Assembly (NCBI GenBank): GCA_964463285.1
Contig: CAYXBB010000002.1
Span: 3,628 to 67,627, forward strand
DNA from: an uncultured Syntrophomonadaceae bacterium
Lineage (GTDB): Bacteria > Bacillota > Dethiobacteria > DTU022
Direction: 5' to 3'
Length of the DNA: 64,000 bases
In this document: one piece after another, positions 44,086 to 52,834 of the stretch
How positions within the stretch are numbered: position 1 is the first letter of the stretch
How the letters are laid out: each line of letters opens with the position of its first letter
The notes under the pieces: model-generated
The model's database searches: none
Told to the model about the DNA's origin: nothing
Seen by the model: only the letters and a program-made list of their open reading frames with translations
Made by a program: the position numbers and the translations under genes

Positions 44086-46302
44086 TCAGCATTCGCTATA
44101 GCCGCAGGCTTCGCATTTGGCGCAGCCCTCCACCCGAATCAGGGCGCCGGTGCCGCATTCCGGGCATATTTCTCGTGAATTGCAATGGTTGTTATCTTCT
44201 GCAGAATTTGCTTTTACCAGCTGAGCCAGAGCCCGTCCGATGGCATCAGGGACGCTCATGATCCGGTTGGGACCAAATCCCACCGAGCGATATCCACCGA
44301 TTCCTTCAAGCTGAGCAGTTATCTCTTCTACACCCACACCACAGCGCAGGGCCAGCGAGATTAGCCGGGCAATGGCCTCAGTAAAAGCCACCACATCGCT
44401 CCCGGCCTTGCCGATCTGGGCAAACAGCTCAAAAGGTTTTCCTGCGGCGGTATTGACCGTCACAAACAGATTCCCCAAAGGGGTCTTGATGCAGGTGGTA
44501 TGGCCGGTCAGGGTTGCGGGGCGACTGCTTGGCCGAAGGGTTTCTTCCTCTTCAACTCCCACGTTTAAAACCTGCTTTTCCCGGGATCCGTCCCGATAGA
44601 CAGTAATGCCCTTGCAACCCGTCTCCCAGGCAAGAATGTAAGCGTTTTTAACATCATCCACAGTGGCATCTCTTCTCAGATTTATAGTTTTGCTTACCGC
44701 ATTGTTCGTATATTTTTGAAAAACCGCCTGATGACGGATGTGCCACTTAGGATCGATCTCCAGGGCTGTTTTGAAAAGCGCCTTTATACGAGCCGGCACC
44801 GCCGCTTCACCAATTGGGATATATCCGCAGCAGGCAATATTGTGGATCAGCTCTTCGGAATAAAAACCCTCCCGGGAAGCTATCTCCAAAAAAAGAGGAT
44901 TTACCTCGGGCAGATCCATCCCTCCCAGGATATTTTTCCGTAAAAAAGCCAGACCAAAATAGGGTTCAATCCCGCTACTGGCTCCGGCTAGAATTGATAT
45001 GGTTCCGGTAGGAGCAATGGTGGTGCGAGTAGCGTTACGGACCCGCTCTTCCGGCCTGCCGGTATCGTAGATGCTGCCGGCAAAATTGGGAAATACCCCC
45101 CGCTCGGCAGCCAGATCCACAGAACATATTTGAGCCTCCTGGTTAATAAAGCGCATCACCTTCCCGGCAACCTCCAGAGCTGTCTCGCTATCGTACGGAA
45201 GGCCCAGGCGGACCAGCATATCGTGCCAACCCATCACCCCCAGTCCGATTTTCCTGTTGCCCTCTTTGTGCATCCGTGCGATCTCCTCGATCACGTAGCT
45301 GCTGCTATCGATGGCGTTGTCAAGAAAGCGAACGGCGCTCCGGGTTATTTCGCGCAGTTTCTCCCAATCCACCTCTCCCTCGTCTGTAACAAATTTGCCC
45401 AGGTTGAGGGAAGCCAGGCAGCAGGCCTCATAGGGCAACAGCGGCTGTTCTCCGCAGGGGTTCGTAGTTTCGTATTGGCCGATGTGGGGAGTGGGGTTAA
45501 AGCGGTTCATCTGGTCAATAAATATGATCCCCGGATCGCCTTTGCCCCATGCCTTTTCGACCATCAGGTCAAACACTTCCCCGGCATGCAGTTTCCCGAT
45601 CTCTCCCGTTTCCGGATCGATGTGCGGTTCACCGGTACGCGGATTGATCAACGTATAATAGGGATCCGGATCCTCCCCGGTTGCTTTCCGCATGAACCCA
45701 TCGGAAACGGTAACCGAAAGGTTGAAATTGGTAACCTCATCTTCTCTCTCCTTGCAGCAAATGAATTTTAGAACATCGGGATGATCGTAGCGCAGTGAGC
45801 CCATGTTTGCGCCCCGTCGGGTTCCCCCCTGTTTGACCGCCTCCGTGGCCGCGTCAAAAATTTTTAAAAAAGATAGGGGGCCGCTGGCTACCCCGTTGGT
45901 GGTGCGCACCCGGTCACCGGCGGGCCGCAACCGGTCGAAAGAAAAACCGGTGCCCCCCCCGGTCTTCTGTACCAGGGCCATATATTTCAAGGAGGTGAAA
46001 ATCCCCTCCATGCTGTCTTCCACCGGTAAAACGAAACAGGCGCTAAGCTGCTGTAGATCACGGCCGGCGTTCATCAGCGTGGGGGAATTGGGCATAAAAT
46101 AAGCCTCGGCCATTGCCTGGTAAAATTCTTCTTCTGTCCTTTTTACTTCGGCCTCATCCTTGCCGTATTCCCGTTCCACCGCAGCCATGTTTGAAGCTAC
46201 CCTTCTGAGCAGATCGACCGGTGTCTCCAGGAGATTCCCTTCGGGATCTTTTTTTAAATATCTTTTTTCATAAGTAATCCGAGCATTTTCTGTTAGCTCC
46301 AA
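44086..46302 (-). CDS. nrdJ: Adenosylcobalamin-dependent (class II) ribonucleotide reductase
   Basis: 738 aa, class II RNR catalytic core, C-terminal Cys4 zinc ribbon; TTG start. Confidence 0.9.
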   Translation of the reverse strand: MELTENARITYEKRYLKKDPEGNLLETPVDLLRRVASNMAAVEREYGKDEAEVKRTEEEFYQAMAEAYFMPNSPTLMNAGRDLQQLSACFVLPVEDSMEGIFTSLKYMALVQKTGGGTGFSFDRLRPAGDRVRTTNGVASGPLSFLKIFDAATEAVKQGGTRRGANMGSLRYDHPDVLKFICCKEREDEVTNFNLSVTVSDGFMRKATGEDPDPYYTLINPRTGEPHIDPETGEIGKLHAGEVFDLMVEKAWGKGDPGIIFIDQMNRFNPTPHIGQYETTNPCGEQPLLPYEACCLASLNLGKFVTDEGEVDWEKLREITRSAVRFLDNAIDSSSYVIEEIARMHKEGNRKIGLGVMGWHDMLVRLGLPYDSETALEVAGKVMRFINQEAQICSVDLAAERGVFPNFAGSIYDTGRPEERVRNATRTTIAPTGTISILAGASSGIEPYFGLAFLRKNILGGMDLPEVNPLFLEIASREGFYSEELIHNIACCGYIPIGEAAVPARIKALFKTALEIDPKWHIRHQAVFQKYTNNAVSKTINLRRDATVDDVKNAYILAWETGCKGITVYRDGSREKQVLNVGVEEEETLRPSSRPATLTGHTTCIKTPLGNLFVTVNTAAGKPFELFAQIGKAGSDVVAFTEAIARLISLALRCGVGVEEITAQLEGIGGYRSVGFGPNRIMSVPDAIGRALAQLVKANSAEDNNHCNSREICPECGTGALIRVEGCAKCEACGYSEC

Positions 46303-46872
46303 CGATGGTCCACCCCCGTAAAATGCTGATAAACTAAATAAAAACCAAAGAAGGTATGTTCATAATCCTAGACAGCCGATACGTTAATATTCTCTCTAAA
46401 GGGTTTCTTTCCTTCCTAAAATCGCCAATAAAAACACCCCTGTTCCGGTATAACCGGCCCTTGGATAATCCCCTGATGGAACCCGGAAAAACCTGAAAAC
46501 TTTTAAAAAAGGCCGATTTATGTCGTATCCACGAAAGGCCCTTATTTGTCACCCTGAAGGCAAAGCCAAAAAGATCTTAAAATTTTCCCGGTTCCTTATG
46601 CTCCTCTCGAATGAAAGTAAAAATTTTAATTTATCGATGGTAACCCTCCCTGAAACGAGCTGCTGCTTTTCAAAAAAAAACACGGTTATTTTGCCTACCG
46701 GTTTAAAAAGATCGAATTGCCTGGGTTTAAATTGCATTTTAAGCGCAGGGGCAAAGGGAAACAGTAAAAGATGTTGTAAACAGCCTGAAAAAAAAATAGG
46801 GTGGACGATTTACAGCATAGAAGCTGTTTTTCATATTCCCCCGACAGCACAAAAGAACCGTCCCTCCGTTTT

Positions 46873-47511
46873 TTAGGGGTCCCAGGCTTCTTGGAGGGCT
46901 GCCGTGACCTCGCTGTCGTCAACCTGACTGAAATCACGGTAAAATTGGCCCACCGCGGCGAAATGCGGGGGTGCTTCTAACCAATATATCTCATCAACCT
47001 CCCGGCCCAGGCATTCCAGAGTTTCCGGTGGCCCTACCGGAATGGCCAGGATCAATTTTAGCGGACGTTTTTGTCTGATTCCCTGCAGGGCGGCACGCAG
47101 GGTAAAACCGGTTGCCACTCCATCGTCAACCAGGATGATTAACCTACCCGTAATATCCGGAAGCGGTTTCTGCCCGCGGTAAAGCCGCAAGCGGCGCTTA
47201 ATTTCGACCTGCTCTTCTAATGATCTCCGTTCCAGATACCCCGCAGGTAAGTGCAACCTGTCCACCAGGATCTCATTGATCAGCAAGGAGCCGTTCCCGG
47301 CAACCGCACCTATAGCCAGCTCGGGCTGTCCGGGTGCACCGATTTTTCGGGTGATAATTAGATCGAGTTCTCCCCCCAGGCTTCGCCAGAGCGGTAAAGC
47401 CACAGAGACCCCGCCGCGGGGAACCGCCAGGATCAGCGGTAAAAACCCGCGGTAAGCAGATAATTTCTTGGCAAGAAGTTCTCCGGCATGCCGGCGATTT
47501 TCAAACAGCAC
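46873..47511 (-). CDS. Phosphoribosyltransferase-family protein (COG1926-like)
   Basis: 212 aa, PRTase motif LIILVDDGVATGFT. Confidence 0.6.
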   Translation of the reverse strand: MLFENRRHAGELLAKKLSAYRGFLPLILAVPRGGVSVALPLWRSLGGELDLIITRKIGAPGQPELAIGAVAGNGSLLINEILVDRLHLPAGYLERRSLEEQVEIKRRLRLYRGQKPLPDITGRLIILVDDGVATGFTLRAALQGIRQKRPLKLILAIPVGPPETLECLGREVDEIYWLEAPPHFAAVGQFYRDFSQVDDSEVTAALQEAWDP

Positions 47512-47534
47512 CGCCAGTCCCTCCCCGCAAAAAT

Positions 47535-48290
47535 TTATATCGCCAACCCTTCAAATAGCTTATCGGCGGCCTTTACCGCCGCAATCCCGGCTGACAGTTC
47601 CAAAAGCGCTTTCCCGGCAATATCATAATTCACAATCGCAGGCTCGAAGGGAATTTCCCCTAACAACTCAAGACCGGTACGGGCGATCTCCTCAGAAAGC
47701 TGCTCCACTTCCCCGGCCCGGCTGCGTGAGATCACCAGGCCCATCCGGCCTATTTCCAACCGCAGGCTACCGGCTATTTCGCGGATCCGGCCGGCAGTGC
47801 GCACGCCCCTGGCAGTGGCATCGCTGGTAATCAAGAGCAAATCGGCCTGGGGCAAGACCCGCCGGCTTATATGTTCCATTCCCGCCTCGTTATCCATGAT
47901 TAAATAATCATAGTTAACACTCAACCTCTCCAGGAAACGACGCAATAGATCATTGGGGTAACAGTAACAACCAGGGCCCTGGGGATTGCCCATCACCAGC
48001 AAATCAAAATGTTTTGTCTCCACCAGAGCTTTATTGAGATTGTATTCTATAAAAATATCCTTGGTCATCCCAACCGGAACACCACCAGGCTTTTTGGTTG
48101 TTTCCAGGATTGTGGCAATAGTTTCCTCAACAGCCAAACCAAGGGCTTCATTAAGATTTGCGTTGGCATCGGCATCCACGACCAGCATTGTTTTGTCGGG
48201 ATGCTTTTCCTGCAAATAGCGGATCAACAGGGCAGCCAGGGTGGTTTTTCCGGTGCCCCCTTTACCTGCAATAGCAATGCGTTTTGTCAT
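47535..48290 (-). CDS. cooC: CooC/AcsF-type nickel-insertion ATPase (MinD/ParA superfamily)
   Basis: 251 aa, deviant Walker A GKGGTGKTT, conserved metal-binding C-x-C (GPGCYCYP) typical of CooC. Confidence 0.75.
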   Translation of the reverse strand: MTKRIAIAGKGGTGKTTLAALLIRYLQEKHPDKTMLVVDADANANLNEALGLAVEETIATILETTKKPGGVPVGMTKDIFIEYNLNKALVETKHFDLLVMGNPQGPGCYCYPNDLLRRFLERLSVNYDYLIMDNEAGMEHISRRVLPQADLLLITSDATARGVRTAGRIREIAGSLRLEIGRMGLVISRSRAGEVEQLSEEIARTGLELLGEIPFEPAIVNYDIAGKALLELSAGIAAVKAADKLFEGLAI

Positions 48291-49645
48291 CAGATCACTG
48301 CCTCTCGATCAAAAAATAGGGTGGTGGCAAACAGCCGTCCCGCGACCGCCTTTTCCAGTTGGGCGATGGTATTGCAGGGCCACATTTCCACAAGTTCACT
48401 GAACGCTGCCACCGAGCGATGGCGGGACCACTGTTCCGGCGGCAGGGGGTTCAGCCAGATTATTTTCCGAACCCGCTCTTTCAGCCTTTGCAGCTCCGGC
48501 AAAGCCGTATCCAATTTAATCGTCCGGGTATCGCTGACCACGATTACTATCGTCCGGGAGGTGAGCAGCTCACGATAATAACCGTTAAGTTCTGCCAGGG
48601 CAGCACCGATATTGGTGCCGCCTCCCCAGGATCTTCCATGTAGAATTACGCGCCCCAGGAGCTGATCCAATCCGGACTGCTGTTCAAGAGCAGGGGTGAG
48701 ATATTCCAGGGTGTCCGCAAAGGAAAAAAGCTCCAGGTTGGATACCGCCGCCTGCAGGCCATAGATAAACTGCAGTACAAAACTACTGTAACGTTCCATG
48801 GAAGCAGAAAGATCGCCGATAAAAAGCAACTGTAGTTTTGAGCGCCGTTTCCGCCTATATTTTAGCAAAAAGGGTTGGCCACCGTGGCGCATGTTCATCC
48901 GAACCGTGCGGCGAAAATCGAGCGCCCCCCGGGACGCATCCCTTTGGCGGCGTTGCACCAACCGGCGAGCCAGCTGTTGAGAAAGTCGGTTGATCAACGC
49001 TTTGGCCGCCGGAAGGTCCGCCTGGCCGAGCATCTGCATGTCAGACTCACACAACCGCTTATCCTCTTTCCCAGCAGCCCCACAACTGCCGGCTCCTCCT
49101 GCGGCAAAATTACCTCTTGAAAAGATCTGATCCCTTCGGCTATGCCAGTAGCGCAACTGCCCTTTGACCACAGTCTCTAAAAGAGGTCTAAGGGGACGCA
49201 TTTCTTTTTCGGCTGCCTCAGTTTCTCGCACAAAACGGCACAGGCTCCGCTGCTCTTTTTCAGGCAAAGCGGTATAAAGCAGCATTTCTTCGTTAGAAAG
49301 ACACAGCGGTTCTCCCTTGAAAGAAAGCTCATCAGCAGCGCTTTTCAATCTCATTTTTTGTTCCTCCTGCTGTTGCCGGGCCTCCCGAAATTGCCGGTTC
49401 CGGGTTTCCAATGGAACAAAATATCGCTCAAAGGCCTCTTCAAAAACCTGCAAGTCGTGATAACTTTTTACCAGGGTGGCCCGAAGGGCATCTTTGAAGG
49501 CTGTACGATCGGCAATATCGATATGTTCCAGTGCCCGCAAAGCGTCCAACAATTCCGCTGTTCCCAAGGGAAGACCCTCAGCTCGCAGCAGTGCAGCAAA
49601 AATAGCCATGTTCTCTTCAAAAGAGCAATCCGCCGGTGCGGTCAT
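48290..49645 (-). CDS. VWA-domain protein, CoxE-like
   Basis: 451 aa, C-terminal VWA with MIDAS DxSxS (GDLSASM); overlaps MoxR gene by 4 nt. Confidence 0.75.
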   Translation of the reverse strand: MTAPADCSFEENMAIFAALLRAEGLPLGTAELLDALRALEHIDIADRTAFKDALRATLVKSYHDLQVFEEAFERYFVPLETRNRQFREARQQQEEQKMRLKSAADELSFKGEPLCLSNEEMLLYTALPEKEQRSLCRFVRETEAAEKEMRPLRPLLETVVKGQLRYWHSRRDQIFSRGNFAAGGAGSCGAAGKEDKRLCESDMQMLGQADLPAAKALINRLSQQLARRLVQRRQRDASRGALDFRRTVRMNMRHGGQPFLLKYRRKRRSKLQLLFIGDLSASMERYSSFVLQFIYGLQAAVSNLELFSFADTLEYLTPALEQQSGLDQLLGRVILHGRSWGGGTNIGAALAELNGYYRELLTSRTIVIVVSDTRTIKLDTALPELQRLKERVRKIIWLNPLPPEQWSRHRSVAAFSELVEMWPCNTIAQLEKAVAGRLFATTLFFDREAVI

Positions 49646-50580
49646 GGACAGGTATACTCTCCTTCCCCGTTTACGGGATTTCGCAATAACCGATCTATGC
49701 CTGTTTTTCCGATTTTTCTGTGAAACAGCAACTGGTCCTGGCGATTTTTCAACAACAGGTTAAGGGTATCGGTTACCAGTACGCCATCAAGTCTCTTCTT
49801 ACCCAAGGTCATCAAGGCCTGCGTCCAGTCAAGAGTTTCAGCAATCGAAGGTTTTTTCCGCAAATCTTCTTGGCAACGAAGATGGGCAATCACCCGGGCA
49901 ATCTCTGTGGCCAGACGTTCCCCCACCTCCGGGATCCGGGCCTGGATGATCTGGGTTTCTCTGGCGATATCCGGGAATTCGAAATACAGGTAAAGACAAC
50001 GTCGTTTCAGGCCGTCGGAAAGTTCTCGCTCGCTGTTGCTGGTTAGAACCACTACGGGGATATTTTCCGCCTTCAGCGTACCCAGTTCGGGAATTGAAAC
50101 CTGGAAATCAGAGAGGATTTCGAATAAAAAGGCTTCGAATTCGGGATCGGTTTTGTCAACCTCATCAATCAAAAGAACCACCTGACGGAGGGAGCGAATG
50201 GCTTTTAACAGGGGCCTCTCAAGCAGATAGGAGAGAGAAAATAGATCCTCTTCCCCAACTTGTGCCCCCTCAAGGCCGCGCTCAATCTGGATCCGCAATA
50301 GCTGTCGCTGGTAATTCCATTCGTAAAGTGCTTTGGTCTCATCAAGACCTTCATAACATTGCAAGCGGATCAACTCCGTCTCCAGGATCTCCGCCAGCAC
50401 CTTCCCCATTTCTGTTTTTCCCACGCCCGGAGCACCCTCAATCAATAGCGGTTTCTGTAGCCTCAGGGCCAGGAAAACGGTAAGAACGGCACTTTGATCA
50501 ATGATATATCCGCTGGCAGCAAAGCGCTGCTGCAACTCAGCCAGGTTTACCTGCACGGTTAGCCTCCCTTTTTGTAACAT
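49642..50580 (-). CDS. MoxR-family AAA+ ATPase (CoxD-like)
   Basis: 312 aa, Walker A GAPGVGKTE, Walker B LLIDEVDK, MoxR-type helix-2 insert. Confidence 0.8.
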   Translation of the reverse strand: MLQKGRLTVQVNLAELQQRFAASGYIIDQSAVLTVFLALRLQKPLLIEGAPGVGKTEMGKVLAEILETELIRLQCYEGLDETKALYEWNYQRQLLRIQIERGLEGAQVGEEDLFSLSYLLERPLLKAIRSLRQVVLLIDEVDKTDPEFEAFLFEILSDFQVSIPELGTLKAENIPVVVLTSNSERELSDGLKRRCLYLYFEFPDIARETQIIQARIPEVGERLATEIARVIAHLRCQEDLRKKPSIAETLDWTQALMTLGKKRLDGVLVTDTLNLLLKNRQDQLLFHRKIGKTGIDRLLRNPVNGEGEYTCP

Positions 50581-50857
50581 GACCTGTTCAACTTATCATA
50601 CTATAAATTTTTTTTTGCAGCAAACCCGGCCGTTCTATTCTGCCCATAGCCCGCAAACCCCGGAGGGCATTATAAGACCAGGGCCTGTTGTAGCCGCGGG
50701 AGCTGCTATTCCGATCCGGCAGGCCCCCACGCCGGGTGCTCATCAAATGATTATAAAAATCGGGGCAAGAAATGAGGCGGTAACTGTAACCTCCGAAGAA
50801 AAAACAAAGGTCGGCAATTTTTTAGATGGCTGTTGCCCATTTGAAACCTATCGTTCC

Positions 50858-51031
50858 TTAAAGCTGTTCCCGCGGGTGAGAAAGTGTACGGCGGATCTTT
50901 TCGGCGGCAATCTCTTCTTCCAGTTCTAAAATTCGGGCCAGGACCTTTGCCCGACCGGTTCCCCTGGTAATGTGGTATTCCCGCAACAGATTTTCCCGCG
51001 TTTCGTTGAGATTTACTAGCACGTCGGGCAT
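50858..51031 (-). CDS. Candidate small protein (57 aa) upstream of MoxR-VWA-CooC module
   Basis: ATG with strong RBS AAGGGGG 9 nt upstream; MPDVLVNLNETRENLLREYHITRGTGRAKVLARILELEEEIAAEKIRRTLSHPREQL; below ORF-track size cutoff. Confidence 0.3.
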   Translation of the reverse strand: MPDVLVNLNETRENLLREYHITRGTGRAKVLARILELEEEIAAEKIRRTLSHPREQL

Positions 51032-51103
51032 AAAGTAATTCCCCCTTCGATCAATTAAACTCTATTTTAAACAATTTCCAGGCAAATATGTATTTGCCCG
51101 CTC

Positions 51104-51131
51104 TTAAAAAATCCGGGGCTTCGGGCCCCGG
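51104..51131 (-). terminator. Intrinsic terminator ending the symporter transcript
   Basis: Minus strand CCGGGGCCCGAAGCCCCGG ATTTTTT. Confidence 0.65.
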
Positions 51132-51174
51132 ATTTAGGTGTACAAAGGAATCTCTTGGGGGATAAATCTGTAAA

Positions 51175-51285
51175 CTACAGCTCTTTGATTTTTTTCCTGG
51201 CTTCCTCAAAGTACCAAAAGGCAACGGCTACCGCACCGATTATGGAAATTGCCCCGAAAATATTATTTAAAACATTCCAGATCAT
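51175..51285 (-). CDS. Candidate 36-aa single-TM micro-protein translationally coupled to the symporter (ATGA overlap)
   Basis: MIWNVLNNIFGAISIIGAVAVAFWYFEEARKKIKEL; start ATG overlaps symporter TGA stop; terminator 44 nt downstream. Confidence 0.35.
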   Translation of the reverse strand: MIWNVLNNIFGAISIIGAVAVAFWYFEEARKKIKEL

Positions 51286-52796
51286 GCTTTAACCCCCTTC
51301 TGTTCTACCACTTCTTTGCCCAGGGCATTGGCAATCAGATATACTACCAGCGCGATCGGCGTAATTATAATAATTCCGTATTCTTGCCAAAGCTCGATGT
51401 TCCCAATCTGGATAACATATACCTCATAAAATTCATTCCAGGTTCCAAAGAAGTTGGTCCAGATATACCAGACAATGGAGCAGATCACACCCACGGCAGT
51501 GGACAAGGTGCCTGCTATTTTTTTGGGGGGAGTTTTGGAAAATGTCCCGAAATAAACCGGGATCAAAGAGGTGGTGATAATTATAGTGGCCTGGAATACC
51601 CAGGCTTCCATCATCCGTTCGAAAAACAAGGCCAGGGCCAATGATATAACCGCCGATATTACAACGCCGATTTTGGTCATCCGTTCGGTCTCTCGGGAGG
51701 TGGCCTGCGGTTTAAAAACTCCCTTGTACAGATCATACCCAAGCACTCCGCCGGCTACCAGAAAATAAGAATCGGCGGTTGACATGGCACAAGCCAGCAC
51801 CCCGGCCAGAAACAGTCCCATCACTCCAACCGGCAAATATTGCCCGGCAATGGCAAACAGTGCCTGATTGGGGGCAACCTCCGGGATAATTTCTAATCCA
51901 ATCGCCGCCGCTCCCAATATTCCTAAAAAAGTTACAATCCAATCAAATGACAACCACAGGGGAATTCCTACAAAAAAAGCCTTCTTGATTTCTTTCGGGC
52001 CTGCAGAAGCAAATATTCTTTGGAAAAAAGCCGGTTCCGCCAATGCTGCAAATGCGGTTAAGGAATAAGCTACCAGTATCCAGGGGGTTAGATAACCTAC
52101 CTCCGCCCGGAAAAAATATTCAAATTCACCGACGTAATTTTCCAGACCTATTATCACCTGGTCATACCCGCCTACCCCGTTCCAGCCCAAAATTAAGGCC
52201 AGGCCTACCGCGATCATCATTACAAAAAACTGAATAAAATCGGTCATAATTACCGCCCACAAGCCCCCGGTCCAAGTATATATTACAATTACCACTGACC
52301 CGATTAAAATTCCCACCCAGATGGGAATCCCGGTAAGCAGGTGTAATAAAAACCCTATGGCCATCATTTCCAGAGAATTGTTGGAATATAGGAATGCTGC
52401 AATGGAGGCAAAGATCCCGGCAACTTTACCATAGCTGTTAAACACAATGTCTTGCATGGTACAATCTTCGGGAAATTTTTCTTTAAATTTGGGGGCTAAA
52501 AAGGCCATGGCAAAATAAAGAGCGGTGAACGGTAAGGCGTAGAAATAGAAAGAGGATATCCCTTCGAAAAAAGATACCTCAGAATCGCCAAACAAAGTAT
52601 CCAACCCGTAAAATGTAGATACCAGGGTAGCCACCAGGAGCGGAGCAGTGATGTTTTTACCGGCCATAAAATAATCGTCAAACCCCTTGGATTTTTTGGA
52701 AAAATAAAATCCCACCCCCAGCATGCCGGCAATGTACAAAACAACGATAATCCAGTCCACTGCATGCAACCTGACTACAATTTCATCCACCTGCAA
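51282..52796 (-). CDS. Sodium:solute symporter (SSF family)
   Basis: 504 aa, about 13 TM, SSF N-terminal signature GxxxxxFxxAGR-like region (YFMAGKN). Confidence 0.85.
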   Translation of the reverse strand: MQVDEIVVRLHAVDWIIVVLYIAGMLGVGFYFSKKSKGFDDYFMAGKNITAPLLVATLVSTFYGLDTLFGDSEVSFFEGISSFYFYALPFTALYFAMAFLAPKFKEKFPEDCTMQDIVFNSYGKVAGIFASIAAFLYSNNSLEMMAIGFLLHLLTGIPIWVGILIGSVVIVIYTWTGGLWAVIMTDFIQFFVMMIAVGLALILGWNGVGGYDQVIIGLENYVGEFEYFFRAEVGYLTPWILVAYSLTAFAALAEPAFFQRIFASAGPKEIKKAFFVGIPLWLSFDWIVTFLGILGAAAIGLEIIPEVAPNQALFAIAGQYLPVGVMGLFLAGVLACAMSTADSYFLVAGGVLGYDLYKGVFKPQATSRETERMTKIGVVISAVISLALALFFERMMEAWVFQATIIITTSLIPVYFGTFSKTPPKKIAGTLSTAVGVICSIVWYIWTNFFGTWNEFYEVYVIQIGNIELWQEYGIIIITPIALVVYLIANALGKEVVEQKGVKA

Positions 52797-52834
52797 TCTA
52801 CCTCCTTGCGTTTAAAAATCGACCATCGGAACCT

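Noticed and set aside
46334-46937. Small ORFs in the nrdJ leader (72, 118, 62, 80 aa) and a cobalamin riboswitch there
   Set aside because: No RBS or coding-like composition. No GGTG..TCC / CCCGC.ACTGT / GCCACTG B12 blocks found by eye. A B12-OFF switch on a B12-dependent RNR would also be illogical.
50501-50929. 142-aa plus-strand ORF upstream of MoxR
   Set aside because: Overlaps the better-supported minus-strand 57-aa ORF and the MoxR 5' region. No RBS. Likely spurious.
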